The translations under genes and the position numbers were made by a program. This document shows positions 49,554-59,171 of a stretch of DNA of 64,000 nt, piece by piece. The stretch comes from Trueperaceae bacterium (GTDB lineage: Bacteria > Deinococcota > Deinococci > Deinococcales > Trueperaceae): NCBI GenBank assembly GCA_965213705.1, contig OZ243913.1, positions 576,001 to 640,000 on the forward strand, written 5' to 3'. The notes under the pieces were generated by a model, which saw only the letters and a list, made by a program, of their open reading frames with translations, ran no database searches and was not told the DNA's origin. Each line of letters opens with the position of its first letter. Within the stretch, counting starts at the first letter, position 1.

Positions 49554-49952
49554 TCAGGCCTCAGCTTCTGCGGACCGGACGTAAACTAGCAGCGACGCGC
49601 GCACCTCGTCCGGCAGCGGCTTTGGGCGCTGCGCTTTGTAATCGAAATGCACCACGACCGACCTTATCTCGGCCGCCGTTTCGCCCGCGGCGTAAACCTC
49701 CTGGTAAAGCGTGACGCTGCTGGTCCCGACCTTGTCGACCCAGGTGGCGACGCTCACCTCGTCCTGAAAGCGAACCTGTTTGCGGAAGTCGATAGCCAAG
49801 TGCGCCAGGATGAGCGAACTCACTTCGGTTTGGGTCGCGCGCAAAAACTCGAGCCGCGCCAGTTCTGCATAAACGGCGTAGGCGGTGTTGTTGAGGTGGC
49901 CGAGGGCGTCGGTGTCGACAAAGCGGACCTGAACGGGCGTGTGGTGGGTCAT
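49554..49952 (-). CDS. acyl-CoA thioesterase (4HBT family)
   Basis: VRFVDTDALGHLNN. Confidence 0.88.
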   Translation of the reverse strand: MTHHTPVQVRFVDTDALGHLNNTAYAVYAELARLEFLRATQTEVSSLILAHLAIDFRKQVRFQDEVSVATWVDKVGTSSVTLYQEVYAAGETAAEIRSVVVHFDYKAQRPKPLPDEVRASLLVYVRSAEAEA

Positions 49953-49968
49953 CGGGTCAGGGTAGCAC

Positions 49969-50154
49969 TCAGGTCTCGTCTATACCGAGCAGTCCCGCCA
50001 ACTTTTGCACTTCTTCCGCGTAGTTCGAGGGAAGTGCCGCCAGGACGGCCTGGACAACCCACTCGCCCTCGCTCGCCCCGGCGGCGCGGGCGGCGGTTCG
50101 GACCCGCTCGAGCACGTCGGGCGGAAACTCGATGGTGAGCGGCGTCGGTTTCAT
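49969..50154 (-). CDS. small hypothetical protein (possible ribbon-helix-helix)
   Basis: TAAACT-N6-ATG; LTIEFPPDVLERVRTAA pattern. Confidence 0.55.
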   Translation of the reverse strand: MKPTPLTIEFPPDVLERVRTAARAAGASEGEWVVQAVLAALPSNYAEEVQKLAGLLGIDET

Positions 50155-50241
50155 CCCCGGAGTTTACCCGACATCTTCTTAGATGAACTCAATCTTAAAA
50201 TTTGTAACGTTTTTGTAAGACGCGGTGGTTTAAGATGAAAC

Positions 50242-50577
50242 ATGGACGAGGTCGAACTTTTGTTAGAGGTCAGCGACCGGCACAGCGACCACCTGGTCTA
50301 CGCGGGCGAGTACCGTCTGCTCGGCGCTGCCAAATCCGCCCTGAAAAACATCTTCGACGACTGGCGTCAGCGCGTCTACCGTTTTGAAAACGACTTAGGC
50401 GCGTCAGTGGTGTTTTATCAACCCCTCAGCAAACCCCACATGACCTGGGACCTGGTCGCAGCCAGGTTCGTCGGCGACGACCCCTTCGACTTTCGCTACG
50501 CCGACGGGGTGAGTAGCAACTTGCGCTGGCTGGAAGTGCAGCAGTTTTTAGACCGCATCAAGACCGGGCGGCTTTAG
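50242..50577 (+). CDS. hypothetical protein
   Basis: TAAGAT-N5-ATG; host-like codon usage. Confidence 0.6.
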   Translation: MDEVELLLEVSDRHSDHLVYAGEYRLLGAAKSALKNIFDDWRQRVYRFENDLGASVVFYQPLSKPHMTWDLVAARFVGDDPFDFRYADGVSSNLRWLEVQQFLDRIKTGRL

Positions 50578-51026
50578 CGGTACAGGTTTAGAAGTGCTCG
50601 GTCGATGGGGTCAAGCTCGAGCCCCTCACCCGGCCACAGGGCGACGGCCTCAATCTCGTCGTTGGGCGTGAAAGGGATAAGCTCGAGCACTTCACAGCCG
50701 AATATCGCCCCCACGATAATGTGATTTTTAGCAGGCTCCTCGACACGAATCCTTCCGAGGAAGCGCACGTTCTCCGCCGTCTGCCCAGACTCTTCAAAAA
50801 ACTCACGGACAGCTGCCACGCGGGGCGCTTCACCGGGCTCGACAAGCCCGCCGGGAATCTCCCAGCACTTCCGCCAAGCGTTGTAAACGAGCAGAAACTT
50901 GTCCTCGTGTTTGGCAATCATCAGCGCCAGAAAAACAGAGTCGAGGTGTGCTTCTTTAACGTGAGTGAACTCGAGCAAGCGGTTGCCCTTGTTGTTGACG
51001 ACAGGAAAAGCAAGCTCAGACGGCAC
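50574..51026 (-). CDS. NUDIX hydrolase
   Basis: Nudix box GGLVEPGEAPRVAAVREFFEESG; start uncertain. Confidence 0.85.
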   Translation of the reverse strand: MPSELAFPVVNNKGNRLLEFTHVKEAHLDSVFLALMIAKHEDKFLLVYNAWRKCWEIPGGLVEPGEAPRVAAVREFFEESGQTAENVRFLGRIRVEEPAKNHIIVGAIFGCEVLELIPFTPNDEIEAVALWPGEGLELDPIDRALLNLYR

Positions 51027-51300
51027 GCTTGAACGGGTAAATCTCGAAACTTTGCCACACGCCGCCCGTGGTATAGAGGTCGTTTTCAACAAAGGCTCGA
51101 GCCTCTTCTTCGCTGGCGGCGTCCAAGAGCATCACCGAGCCCGTCATGTCGCCCTTGCCGTTGAGAAGCGCGCCGCCGAGTTGCACGAAGCCACTCTCGA
51201 TGGCGGGTTTGATGGCTTCCAGGTGCGCGTCGCGTACTTTGTGACGGCGTTCCAAAGCGCCTTCGTCGGTTCCGTCTTTGGCGATGACGATGTAGAGCAC
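51016..51300 (-). CDS. YciI family protein
   Basis: RDAHL, GGALL, GSVM, NDLYTTGGVW. Confidence 0.85.
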   Translation of the reverse strand: MLYIVIAKDGTDEGALERRHKVRDAHLEAIKPAIESGFVQLGGALLNGKGDMTGSVMLLDAASEEEARAFVENDLYTTGGVWQSFEIYPFKRAV

Positions 51301-51607
51301 ACTAATCTCCTTCTCTGATTTCTTTACCCGTCTTTCCAGATTTGAACAACCTTATAACTCGTTGGGCTTCTTTTTTATTGGTAACAATTCCATCTTTATG
51401 CAGTTGATATAGCTGGTTAATGGACACATCATATAGTGTGTCGAGAGGTATTTCCCATTTATCTACATATAAACTGATAACTTTTCTAAATTTCGATACA
51501 TATGTCTTGTTAATAAAGGATTCGGTGATTCCGTACTCATTTCTGTATCTTTCTATTTCGTCGACAAGATTTTGGTAGTGGTTTAGCAAAGACTGATAAG
51601 CTAAGGA

Positions 51608-51886
51608 ATGGTCACCAAAGTTGTACGTTGCTGCCACTGCGAGAGCGAAGAGCTTGTCAAGAACGGTCATGCACCAAACGGCAAGCAAAAGTACCTGTGT
51701 CGAGCGTGCGGCAAGTCCAGTCGCGAGAACGCGAGCACTAAAGGGTACAGCGAAGCGAAGAAAGATGAGATACTGAAGTCGTATCAGGAGCGCTCTAGTA
51801 TGCGTGGGCTGACCAGAACATTCGGCGTGTCCCGCACCACAATAGCGAAATGGCTCAAAAAAAGCCGCGACGACACCGCCGCTTAG
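51608..51886 (+). CDS. insA: IS1 InsA (zinc ribbon plus HTH)
   Basis: CCHC...KNG...QKYLCRAC; HTH SMRGLTRTFGVSRTT. Confidence 0.9.
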   Translation: MVTKVVRCCHCESEELVKNGHAPNGKQKYLCRACGKSSRENASTKGYSEAKKDEILKSYQERSSMRGLTRTFGVSRTTIAKWLKKSRDDTAA

Positions 51887-52337
51887 CGCCACACTGGTTA
51901 CGCCCGAGAACCCTGAAGCGGTGCAACTCGAACTCGACGAGATGTGGTCATTTGTTCGATGTAGACGTAACAAACGGTGGGCCTGGATAGCGCTTTGTAA
52001 GCAGACACGCCAGGTGGTCGCTTGTGTTGTAGGTGGACGTGGCATTGCTACTTGTCAAAAACTTTGGCGTAACATCCCAGATGCTTATAAACAAGGCACG
52101 GTGTTTAGTGACTTCTGGGAAGCTTATCAGGCCGTCGTTCCCGATGAACAGCATCAAGCTGTTGGTAAAGACTCAGGGCTTACAGCACACGTCGAGCGCT
52201 TTAACAATACTATCCGCCAACGCCTAGCGCGCTTTGTCAGAAAGACCTTATCCTTCTCCAAGTCCGAACACATGCACCTCATTTGCTTGCATCTGTTCTT
52301 GGTCCGCTACAATCTTGAGCGTGCTGCTGTCAGTTGA
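51858..52337 (+). CDS. insB: IS1 InsB DDE transposase moiety (frameshift-dependent)
   Basis: ELDEMWSFV, SDFWEAY, HVERFNNTIRQRLARFVRKTLSFSK; A7 run at 51857-51863. Confidence 0.9.
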   Translation, partial: KKAATTPPLSATLVTPENPEAVQLELDEMWSFVRCRRNKRWAWIALCKQTRQVVACVVGGRGIATCQKLWRNIPDAYKQGTVFSDFWEAYQAVVPDEQHQAVGKDSGLTAHVERFNNTIRQRLARFVRKTLSFSKSEHMHLICLHLFLVRYNLERAAVS

Positions 52338-52655
52338 TGGTGGGCCACTACCAAGATTTTGAACTACCCCTCCACCATTAGCTATATCAACAGCTTTACG
52401 GCCAATCTCATAGTTGATCTTATTCCCCCGCACGTAACGAACAGCTATCTCTTCCCACTCTTCCCTTGAAAGATAATTGCCTTCCCAATCAGATTCAGCA
52501 ATTGTTCTTTTAGCTCGTAGAGCCTCAAGGACTTCTTGGTCTGGTTGGGAAATTTTTAACTCAGACGTTTTTTGCAGCTCTTCTTTTACAACCTTTCTAA
52601 CTGAGTCTTCAATCACTTGTTTTAAGTAAGCCTCAATCATAACTTCTCCTTAATT

Positions 52656-52716
52656 GTTTCTTACAAAAAACATGTTTTTTGTAAGAAACTTTAATATAGC
52701 TTTGCTAGTTTGTCAA
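52656..52716 (-). promoter_or_regulatory. sigma70 promoter plus 34-bp perfect palindrome for the orphan gene
   Basis: Minus-strand TTGACA-N17-TAAAGT; palindrome GTTTCTTACAAAAAACA|TGTTTTTTGTAAGAAAC. Confidence 0.75.
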
Positions 52717-52807
52717 CTTGATACAACCACACTCAAATCCATTGACAACAACTTCTATTTCTGCTATCTTTTTACAGGCATAAATCTGCGCCTGGTCATA
52801 TCAGATT
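52717..52807 (+). promoter_or_regulatory. dnaK promoter with HAIR-like (HspR) operators
   Basis: CTTGATA-N7-ACTCAAA (consensus CTTGAGT-N7-ACTCAAG); TTGACA-N17-TATCTT; a second inverted repeat AATCTG-N13-CAGATT with the same geometry. Confidence 0.72.
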
Positions 52808-52845
52808 TTTGGCGCATAACGTAAACAAACCCAAAGGAGAACCCA

Positions 52846-54747
52846 ATGGCAAAAGCAGTCGGAATCGACTTAGGCACGACCAACAGCGTCATCGCCGTGA
52901 TGGAAGGCGGTGAGCCGACCGTCTTGGTGAACACCGAGGGCAACCGGACGACGCCGTCGGTGGTGGCGTTCAAAGACGGCAACCGCATGGTCGGCCAGGT
53001 GGCGAAGCGTCAAGCGGTGCTGAACGCGCAGAATACCTTGTTCGAGGTCAAGCGCTACATCGGCCGCACCTGGGACGAAGTGAAAGAAGAAGCCGAGCGC
53101 TCGCCCTACGAAGTGGTGCGCGGCGACGACGGCGGCGTCCGTTTCGTCGCGGGCGGCAAAAAGTACACCCCGGAAGAGGTGTCCGCGATGGTGCTGCAAA
53201 AGCTCGTCGAGGACGCCAGCGCGACCTTGGGCGAGAAAATTACCAAGGCCGTCATCACCGTGCCCGCCTACTTCAACAACTCGCAGCGCGAGGCGACGCA
53301 GAACGCCGGTAAGATTGCCGGGTTGGAAGTTCTGCGAATTGTCAACGAGCCCACCGCGGCGGCGCTGGCTTACGGCTTGGAGAAAAAAGGCAACGAAACC
53401 GTGCTGGTTTTCGACCTGGGCGGCGGCACCTTCGACGTGTCGGTCTTGGAAGTCGGCGACGGTGTCTTCGAGGTGCGTTCGACCTCGGGCGACACCCACT
53501 TGGGCGGCTCGGATTTCGACTACGCGGTCGTGAACTGGCTCGCCGACGACTTTCAAAAGGAATACAACGTCGACTTGCGCAAAGACAAGCAAGCCCTGCA
53601 GCGTTTAATCGAAGCGGCCGAAAAAGCCAAAATTGAACTCTCCGGAATTCCCGAGACGACCATCAGCCTGCCGTTTATCGCGATGGACCCCGGCTCGAAC
53701 GCGCCGCTGTACTTGGAGAAAAAACTCACCCGTAGCAAGTTTGAAGACATCATCCGGCCCCTTTTAAACCGCATCAAAGGCCCAGTCGAGCAGGCGCTCA
53801 AGGACGCCAAGGTATCCAAGACCGACATCGACGAGGTCATTCTGGTGGGCGGCTCGACTCGAGTCCCCGCGGTGAAAAACATCGTTAAGGACGTCCTCGG
53901 CAAGGAGCCGAACCAGTCGGTCAACCCTGACGAGGTCGTGGCGCTCGGTGCCGCGGTGCAAGCGGGCGTGCTGACCGGCGACGTAGACGACATCGTCCTC
54001 CTGGACGTGACGCCGCTGAGTTTGGGCGTCGAAACCAAGGGCGGCGTGTTCACCAAGCTCATCGACCGCAACACCACCGTGCCGGTCCGCAAGAGCGAGA
54101 CCTTTACGACCGCCGAGAGCAACCAGACCGGCGTCGAGGTTCACGTGCTGCAGGGCGAGCGGTCGATGGCGAACGACAACAAGTCTTTGGGCCGCTTCAA
54201 GCTCGACGGCATTCCGCCGATGCCCGCGGGGATGCCGCAGGTCGAAATCACCTATGACATCGACGCCAACGGCGTGCTCCACGTGACGGCCAAGGAAAAG
54301 TCCACCGGCAAAGAGGCCAACATCACCATCCAGAACACCACCACTTTGGGTGAGGACGAGGTCGAGCGCATGGTGCAGGACGCGCAGAAAAACGCTGACG
54401 CCGACCGCAAAGCCAAAGAGATGGCTGAAGCGCGCAACGGGCTCGATACCCTGCGTTCGCAAGCGCAGCAAGTCGTCAACGAGAATGAAGGGGCTCCCGC
54501 CGAAGCCAAGCAGCCGGTGATGGACGCGGTAAACGCGGCTGAAAAAGCCCTCAACGACGGCAGCACCACCAAAGAGCGCTTCGAAGAACTCGGCCAGGAA
54601 CTCGCCGACAAGCTGCAAGCGTTCCAGCAAGCGCAAGCCCAACAAGCCGCCGCCGGTGCCGACCCCGAAGCCAACGTCGCCGCGAGTCCCGACGGTGTCG
54701 GCGAGGACGAAGACGTCATCGACGCCGACTTCAAACCGGCAGGTTAA
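52846..54747 (+). CDS. dnaK: chaperone DnaK
   Basis: [31 protein letters not shown]. Confidence 0.98.
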   Translation: MAKAVGIDLGTTNSVIAVMEGGEPTVLVNTEGNRTTPSVVAFKDGNRMVGQVAKRQAVLNAQNTLFEVKRYIGRTWDEVKEEAERSPYEVVRGDDGGVRFVAGGKKYTPEEVSAMVLQKLVEDASATLGEKITKAVITVPAYFNNSQREATQNAGKIAGLEVLRIVNEPTAAALAYGLEKKGNETVLVFDLGGGTFDVSVLEVGDGVFEVRSTSGDTHLGGSDFDYAVVNWLADDFQKEYNVDLRKDKQALQRLIEAAEKAKIELSGIPETTISLPFIAMDPGSNAPLYLEKKLTRSKFEDIIRPLLNRIKGPVEQALKDAKVSKTDIDEVILVGGSTRVPAVKNIVKDVLGKEPNQSVNPDEVVALGAAVQAGVLTGDVDDIVLLDVTPLSLGVETKGGVFTKLIDRNTTVPVRKSETFTTAESNQTGVEVHVLQGERSMANDNKSLGRFKLDGIPPMPAGMPQVEITYDIDANGVLHVTAKEKSTGKEANITIQNTTTLGEDEVERMVQDAQKNADADRKAKEMAEARNGLDTLRSQAQQVVNENEGAPAEAKQPVMDAVNAAEKALNDGSTTKERFEELGQELADKLQAFQQAQAQQAAAGADPEANVAASPDGVGEDEDVIDADFKPAG

Positions 54748-54750
54748 CCG

Positions 54751-55317
54751 ATGAGCGACAGCGTCGAAGACATGAACCCTACTGCAGCACCCGATGAAGG
54801 GGTGGAGCAAACCTCCACTCCCGACGGGGACGAGACCGAGATTTTGCGAAGTGAACTCGTCAAGGCGCACGCGCACGCGACCGACCTGCAAACGCAAGCT
54901 GACGATTTTAAGAACAAGTGGCTGCGCTCGAGGGCCGAGATGGACAACTACCGCCGCCGCGCCGCGCAAGACGTCGACCGCGCGCGTGAAGCCGGGATGG
55001 ACAGCGCGCTCCTCACGGTGATGTCGGTGTACGACGACCTGGGCCGCGCGCTCACCGCCGCCGACGGGGCCGACCCGAGCAAAATCGTCCCCGGCATCCG
55101 GGCGGTGCGCGACTCGTTGGAGCGCAACTTAGACACCCTCGGACTTAAAAAGGTCGGCAAGGTCGGCGAAGCGTTCGACCCCGACGTTCACGAGGCGCTG
55201 ACCGCGATGCCGACCGACAACCCCGAACAGGCGGGCAAAATCGCCGACGTGTTCGAGGTCGGGTTTACCAAGGGCGAGCGCCTGGTGCGGCCCGCTCGAG
55301 TTGTCGTCTACCAATGA
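54751..55317 (+). CDS. grpE: nucleotide exchange factor GrpE
   Basis: RAEMDNYRRR, FDPDVHEA, VRPARVVV. Confidence 0.95.
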   Translation: MSDSVEDMNPTAAPDEGVEQTSTPDGDETEILRSELVKAHAHATDLQTQADDFKNKWLRSRAEMDNYRRRAAQDVDRAREAGMDSALLTVMSVYDDLGRALTAADGADPSKIVPGIRAVRDSLERNLDTLGLKKVGKVGEAFDPDVHEALTAMPTDNPEQAGKIADVFEVGFTKGERLVRPARVVVYQ

Positions 55318-55339
55318 AAAGCTAGACGGGAGGTGAAGC

Positions 55340-56269
55340 GTGGCTGCTTACAAAGACTATTACGACGTTTTGGGCGTACCTAAAACGGCCAGCCAGAAAG
55401 AAATCCGCGCGGCGTTCCGCAAGAAAGCGGCCAAGCTCCACCCCGACCGCAACCCGGACGACGCCACCGCCGAAGAAAAGTTCAAAGAGGTCAACGAGGC
55501 CTACACCGTCTTGTCGGACGAGGAAAAACGCAAGTTTTACGACCAGTTCGGCACCGAAGGCGGCCGGCCGCCCTTCAACCCGGGTACGGGTGGGGGCGGC
55601 GGCTACACAAACGTCAACCCCGAAGACTTCGCGAACTTCAGCGATTTTTTCCAGGGTTTGTTCGGTGGAGGTGGCTTCAACACGGGCGGCTTTACGACGG
55701 GCTACAGCACACGCGGCGGCGACCCGTTTGCCGACTTTCGAGCCCAGGAACGGCGGCAACCGCGGCTGCAAAATGCCGAGGCGACGCTCGAGATAGACCT
55801 TTTCACGGCCTACCGTGGGGGTGCGACTACTATTTCTATCAACGACCGCCGCATCGACGTGACCATTCCCAAAGGCACCCGTGACGGCGCGAAGTTGCGC
55901 CTCAAGGGTCAAGCGCCGGGCGGGGGCGACCTTTACTTGATTGTCAAGCTCGAGGCCCATCCGGTGTTCAAGCTCGAGGGCGACCAGGTGCGCGTGACCG
56001 TGGACGCGCCCGACTACAAGGCCGTGTTGGGCGGCACCGTGCGCGTGCCGACGCTCGACGGCGACGTGGAAATGACGCTGCCCGAGGGCAGCCAAACCGG
56101 GCGTGTGCTGCGTTTGCGCGGCCAGGGCTGGCCGAAGCGCGACGGCACGCGCGGCGACGAACTCGCGTCGGTGCGCGTCGTCATTCCGGTTGCGCCGAGT
56201 GAGGCGCAACGTGAGCTGTACGAACAGCTCCGGCGAGCCTCCGAAGCCGAGGTTACGGCGGCGGATTGA
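55340..56269 (+). CDS. dnaJ: DnaJ/CbpA co-chaperone lacking the zinc finger
   Basis: KDYY, HPD motif, G/F-rich region, DnaJ_C domain; no CxxCxGxG. Confidence 0.9.
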   Translation: MAAYKDYYDVLGVPKTASQKEIRAAFRKKAAKLHPDRNPDDATAEEKFKEVNEAYTVLSDEEKRKFYDQFGTEGGRPPFNPGTGGGGGYTNVNPEDFANFSDFFQGLFGGGGFNTGGFTTGYSTRGGDPFADFRAQERRQPRLQNAEATLEIDLFTAYRGGATTISINDRRIDVTIPKGTRDGAKLRLKGQAPGGGDLYLIVKLEAHPVFKLEGDQVRVTVDAPDYKAVLGGTVRVPTLDGDVEMTLPEGSQTGRVLRLRGQGWPKRDGTRGDELASVRVVIPVAPSEAQRELYEQLRRASEAEVTAAD

Positions 56270-56299
56270 ACAAGGTACAAAAACGAAGTAGCACACGAC

Positions 56300-56324
56300 G
56301 ACCGGCTCTACAGGCCGGTCTTTT
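56300..56324 (+). terminator. intrinsic terminator
   Basis: GACCGGC-loop-GCCGGTC followed by TTTT. Confidence 0.6.
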
Positions 56325-56527
56325 GTCGCTACGTCCCTCAAAGCTCCACGCCGTTTTGTTGACGCCCTCGGTGACATTGTGTAAATTGATACAACCTTTG
56401 CGAATTCTGAACCTCACAAAGGCAAGTTGATACCGGCTGCTGCATAGGTCTTCGTTGGGGGTGCGTGTCGGGCTGAAACAACCGAGCGCGACGGGGTTGT
56501 ACGAGAACACACAGGAAAGAGGCGAAC

Positions 56528-58141
56528 ATGACGAAAAAAGCGCGTGTCCCTTTGCTCGAGACTCTAACTTCCCGTAGACAGTTTTTGAAATACAGCCTAG
56601 CGACCGGCAGCGCCGCCTGGGCCGCCTCGCACTTGAGCCTGGCAAGCGCTCAAAGCGGCGGCACAATGGTCTGGCTCGGCCATCAAGAGGTCGCCGGGCT
56701 CGGCCCCGACGACACCGGCCCGACCGTGCAGGCGGTCGTCATCTACAACATCTTGAACCCGCTGTTTCACGTCGATTACCTCACCGAACTCAGACCCATC
56801 CTGGCCGAGTCCTACGAAGTCGCTGAGGACGGCCTGACCTACACCTTCAAGCTGCGCGACGGCGTCAAGTTTCACGACGGCACCACGCTCACCGCGGCGG
56901 ACGTGAAGTACACCTATGACTACTACCGCGACCCGGAAAACGCGACCTCCATCGCCAACGACTTCTTAAACGTCGAATCGGTCGAAGCGCCGGACGACCT
57001 CACTGTAGTCGTCAACATGTCCGACGTGAACGCGGCCTTTCTGACGAGCGGCGCGGAAACGCCCATCGTCCCCGCCGCCTACCACGCCGAAGTGGGCGAG
57101 GAAACGTTCCGCACCCAGCCCATCGGCACCGGCGCGTTCAAGCTGCGCGAGTGGCGCGCGGCCGAGTTTACCGAGATGGAGGCGTTCGAGGACCACTTTC
57201 GCGGTCGACCCAACTATGACGTGCTCAGGCTCGAGGTCGTCCCCGAAGCCTCGGTGCGCTACATCGCGCTGCAAACGGGCGAGGCACAGTCCTCGGTGTG
57301 GCCCCTGTTGGTCGAGGACAGCCTCGCCTTCGAGGGTGACCCGAACTTCCGCGTGATGCGCACGCTTGCCAACTCGGTTAAGCACTTTCCGCTGAACAAC
57401 CAACTGCCGCAACTGAGTGACAAGCGCGTCCGCCAAGCGCTGATGCACGCGCTCGACCGGCAGCGCATTATCGACGACCTCTGGAACGGCACCGCGCAAA
57501 TCGCGCACTCGAACCTGAGTCCCAAAAACGTCTTTTACTACAACCCGAACCTCAAACAGTACGAATACGACCCCGAGACGGCTCAGACGATGCTTGACGA
57601 GGCGGGTTGGACTGTGGGCGCGGACGGTGTCCGTGAAAAAGACGGCGTCAAGCTCTCGTTCACCACCACCACCATCACGGGCGACCAGGCGCGGCGGCCC
57701 ATCGCGGAGTTGGCCCAACAGATGCTGCGCGAGGTCGGCGTCGACATGCAACTTGCCGAAGCGCCGGTCGCCTCGATTTTGGAGGGCCTGACCCAGGGGA
57801 CTTTGGAGTCGGGGTTATTCAACTGGACCTACGGCAGTACGCCCGAGCCCGACCCGTCGGCGACGCTCCGTTCGGACGGCGGCAACAACTTCAACAACTT
57901 CCGCAGCGAGGAGATGGACCGCCTTATCGACCAGGGGCTCGCCACCGTCGACCCCGAGGAGCGCCAGGCAATTTACTACCAGATTCAAGAAATTTTCGTC
58001 GAGGAGGTGCCTGCCCTGTACCTCCAGTTCGACGAGTGGATCAACGTCTGGAACGTGGGCGAGGTTGCCGGTCTACCCGAAACCGTGCTGAGTGGCGACC
58101 CGGTTTACTACATCGACAACTACGAATTTACGCTTGAATAA
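56528..58141 (+). CDS. peptide/nickel ABC substrate-binding protein (Tat-exported)
   Basis: SRRQFLK Tat motif; TYTFKLRDGVKFHDG; PIGTGAF. Confidence 0.92.
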   Translation: MTKKARVPLLETLTSRRQFLKYSLATGSAAWAASHLSLASAQSGGTMVWLGHQEVAGLGPDDTGPTVQAVVIYNILNPLFHVDYLTELRPILAESYEVAEDGLTYTFKLRDGVKFHDGTTLTAADVKYTYDYYRDPENATSIANDFLNVESVEAPDDLTVVVNMSDVNAAFLTSGAETPIVPAAYHAEVGEETFRTQPIGTGAFKLREWRAAEFTEMEAFEDHFRGRPNYDVLRLEVVPEASVRYIALQTGEAQSSVWPLLVEDSLAFEGDPNFRVMRTLANSVKHFPLNNQLPQLSDKRVRQALMHALDRQRIIDDLWNGTAQIAHSNLSPKNVFYYNPNLKQYEYDPETAQTMLDEAGWTVGADGVREKDGVKLSFTTTTITGDQARRPIAELAQQMLREVGVDMQLAEAPVASILEGLTQGTLESGLFNWTYGSTPEPDPSATLRSDGGNNFNNFRSEEMDRLIDQGLATVDPEERQAIYYQIQEIFVEEVPALYLQFDEWINVWNVGEVAGLPETVLSGDPVYYIDNYEFTLE

Positions 58142-58160
58142 GCTGGCTGTAATGAAGGTG

Positions 58161-58187
58161 GGGGGCTCGAGCCAAGCTCGAGCCCCC
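58161..58187. repeat. intercistronic hairpin made of two GCTCGAGC sites
   Basis: GGGGGCTCGAGC-CAA-GCTCGAGCCCCC. Confidence 0.8.
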
Positions 58188-58201
58188 TCAAAAGGCAGCT
58201 C

Positions 58202-59164
58202 ATGTCCGGCTACCTGACCTTCCGCCTGCTCCGCGGCGCGCTCGTCATCGTTTTAATCAGCGTCATGACTTTCGTCATCATGCGGCTTATGCCGGGCGAC
58301 CCGGTCTACTTGCTGCTCGGTGAGGGGCAGGTGCAAATCACCGAAGCGCAAATCGCGGCAATTCGGCAAAAGTGGGGCCTCGACCTGCCCTACTACCAGC
58401 AGTATTTCGTCTGGGCCGGAAACTTGTTGCGCGGCGACTTCGGCACCTCGCTTATTCGCTCGGGCGTGCCGGTGCGGCAGATTATTTTCGAGGCGATGCC
58501 GGTCACGGCGCTCCTCAACTTTTACGCGCTCGGCCTGGCGCTGCTGGTCGCGGTGCCGCTCGGCATCGCCTCGGCGACGCGGCGCAACAGCCCGGTCGAC
58601 TACGCGACCTCGGTGGGTTCGGCCCTCGGCATCGCCACGCCCAACTTCTGGCTCGGACTCATGCTCATCGTACTGTTCGCGCTGTACGTGCCGCGCTGGT
58701 TCGGGGAGATTCCCTTGATTGGGCGCATCCCGCCGTTCGGAGTGCGGAGCTGGCAGGGGTATATTTTGCCGGTCCTGGTTTTGGCTGCCGAGCAGATGGC
58801 GGTGTTGGTGCGCATTATGCGGAGTGCGGTCTTGGAAGTTTTGCCGCAAGACTTCGTGCGCACGGCGCGGGGCAAGGGCTTACCGCGCAGGCGTGTCGTT
58901 TGGCGGCACGTCGTTTCCAACGCGCTGTTGCCGGTCATCACCGTCATTGGCTTTCGCATCGCTTTTCTGCTGTCCGGGACCATCATCATCGAAACTGTGT
59001 TCGCCGTGCCGGGCATCGGGCGGCTGTTTACCGACTCGGTGATGCGGCTGGACTACCAGGTGGTGCAGTCGCTGGTCGTCGTGTTCGCCGTGCTAGTGGT
59101 GGTCGTCAACCTGCTCACCGACCTCGTCTACGCGCTGGTCGACCCGCGCATCCGTATCGCTTAG
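58202..59164 (+). CDS. peptide ABC permease (DppB-like)
   Basis: MPGDP, FVRTARGKGL, DPRI. Confidence 0.92.
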   Translation: MSGYLTFRLLRGALVIVLISVMTFVIMRLMPGDPVYLLLGEGQVQITEAQIAAIRQKWGLDLPYYQQYFVWAGNLLRGDFGTSLIRSGVPVRQIIFEAMPVTALLNFYALGLALLVAVPLGIASATRRNSPVDYATSVGSALGIATPNFWLGLMLIVLFALYVPRWFGEIPLIGRIPPFGVRSWQGYILPVLVLAAEQMAVLVRIMRSAVLEVLPQDFVRTARGKGLPRRRVVWRHVVSNALLPVITVIGFRIAFLLSGTIIIETVFAVPGIGRLFTDSVMRLDYQVVQSLVVVFAVLVVVVNLLTDLVYALVDPRIRIA

Positions 59165-59171
59165 GCGCGCC

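Larger units (their letters stand above)
51574..52352 (+). mobile_element. IS1-family insertion sequence (779 bp)
   Basis: Termini GGTAGTGG / CCACTACC; 8-bp direct repeat AAGATTTT at 51566-51573 and 52353-52360. Confidence 0.95.
51302..52640 (-). pseudogene. AT-rich hypothetical gene interrupted by IS1
   Basis: Removing 51574-52352 plus one target-duplication copy rejoins MIEAYL...VVQNL to VDEIERY...EGD*, giving 183 aa. Confidence 0.85.

Noticed and set aside
51302..52045. 247-aa minus-strand ORF
   Set aside because: It is a chimera of antisense IS1 sequence and the 3' half of the interrupted gene.
52870..54969. Long antisense ORFs over dnaK (52870-53592, 53764-54969)
   Set aside because: Antisense frames opposite dnaK are a well-known artefact (often mislabelled glutamate dehydrogenase) caused by codon bias.
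56455..56520. GGGGTGC...GCTGAAA resembling a TPP riboswitch before the ABC binding protein
   Set aside because: It lacks CTGAGA and the downstream ACCTGA...GCGNAGG core; a covariance-model search would be needed.
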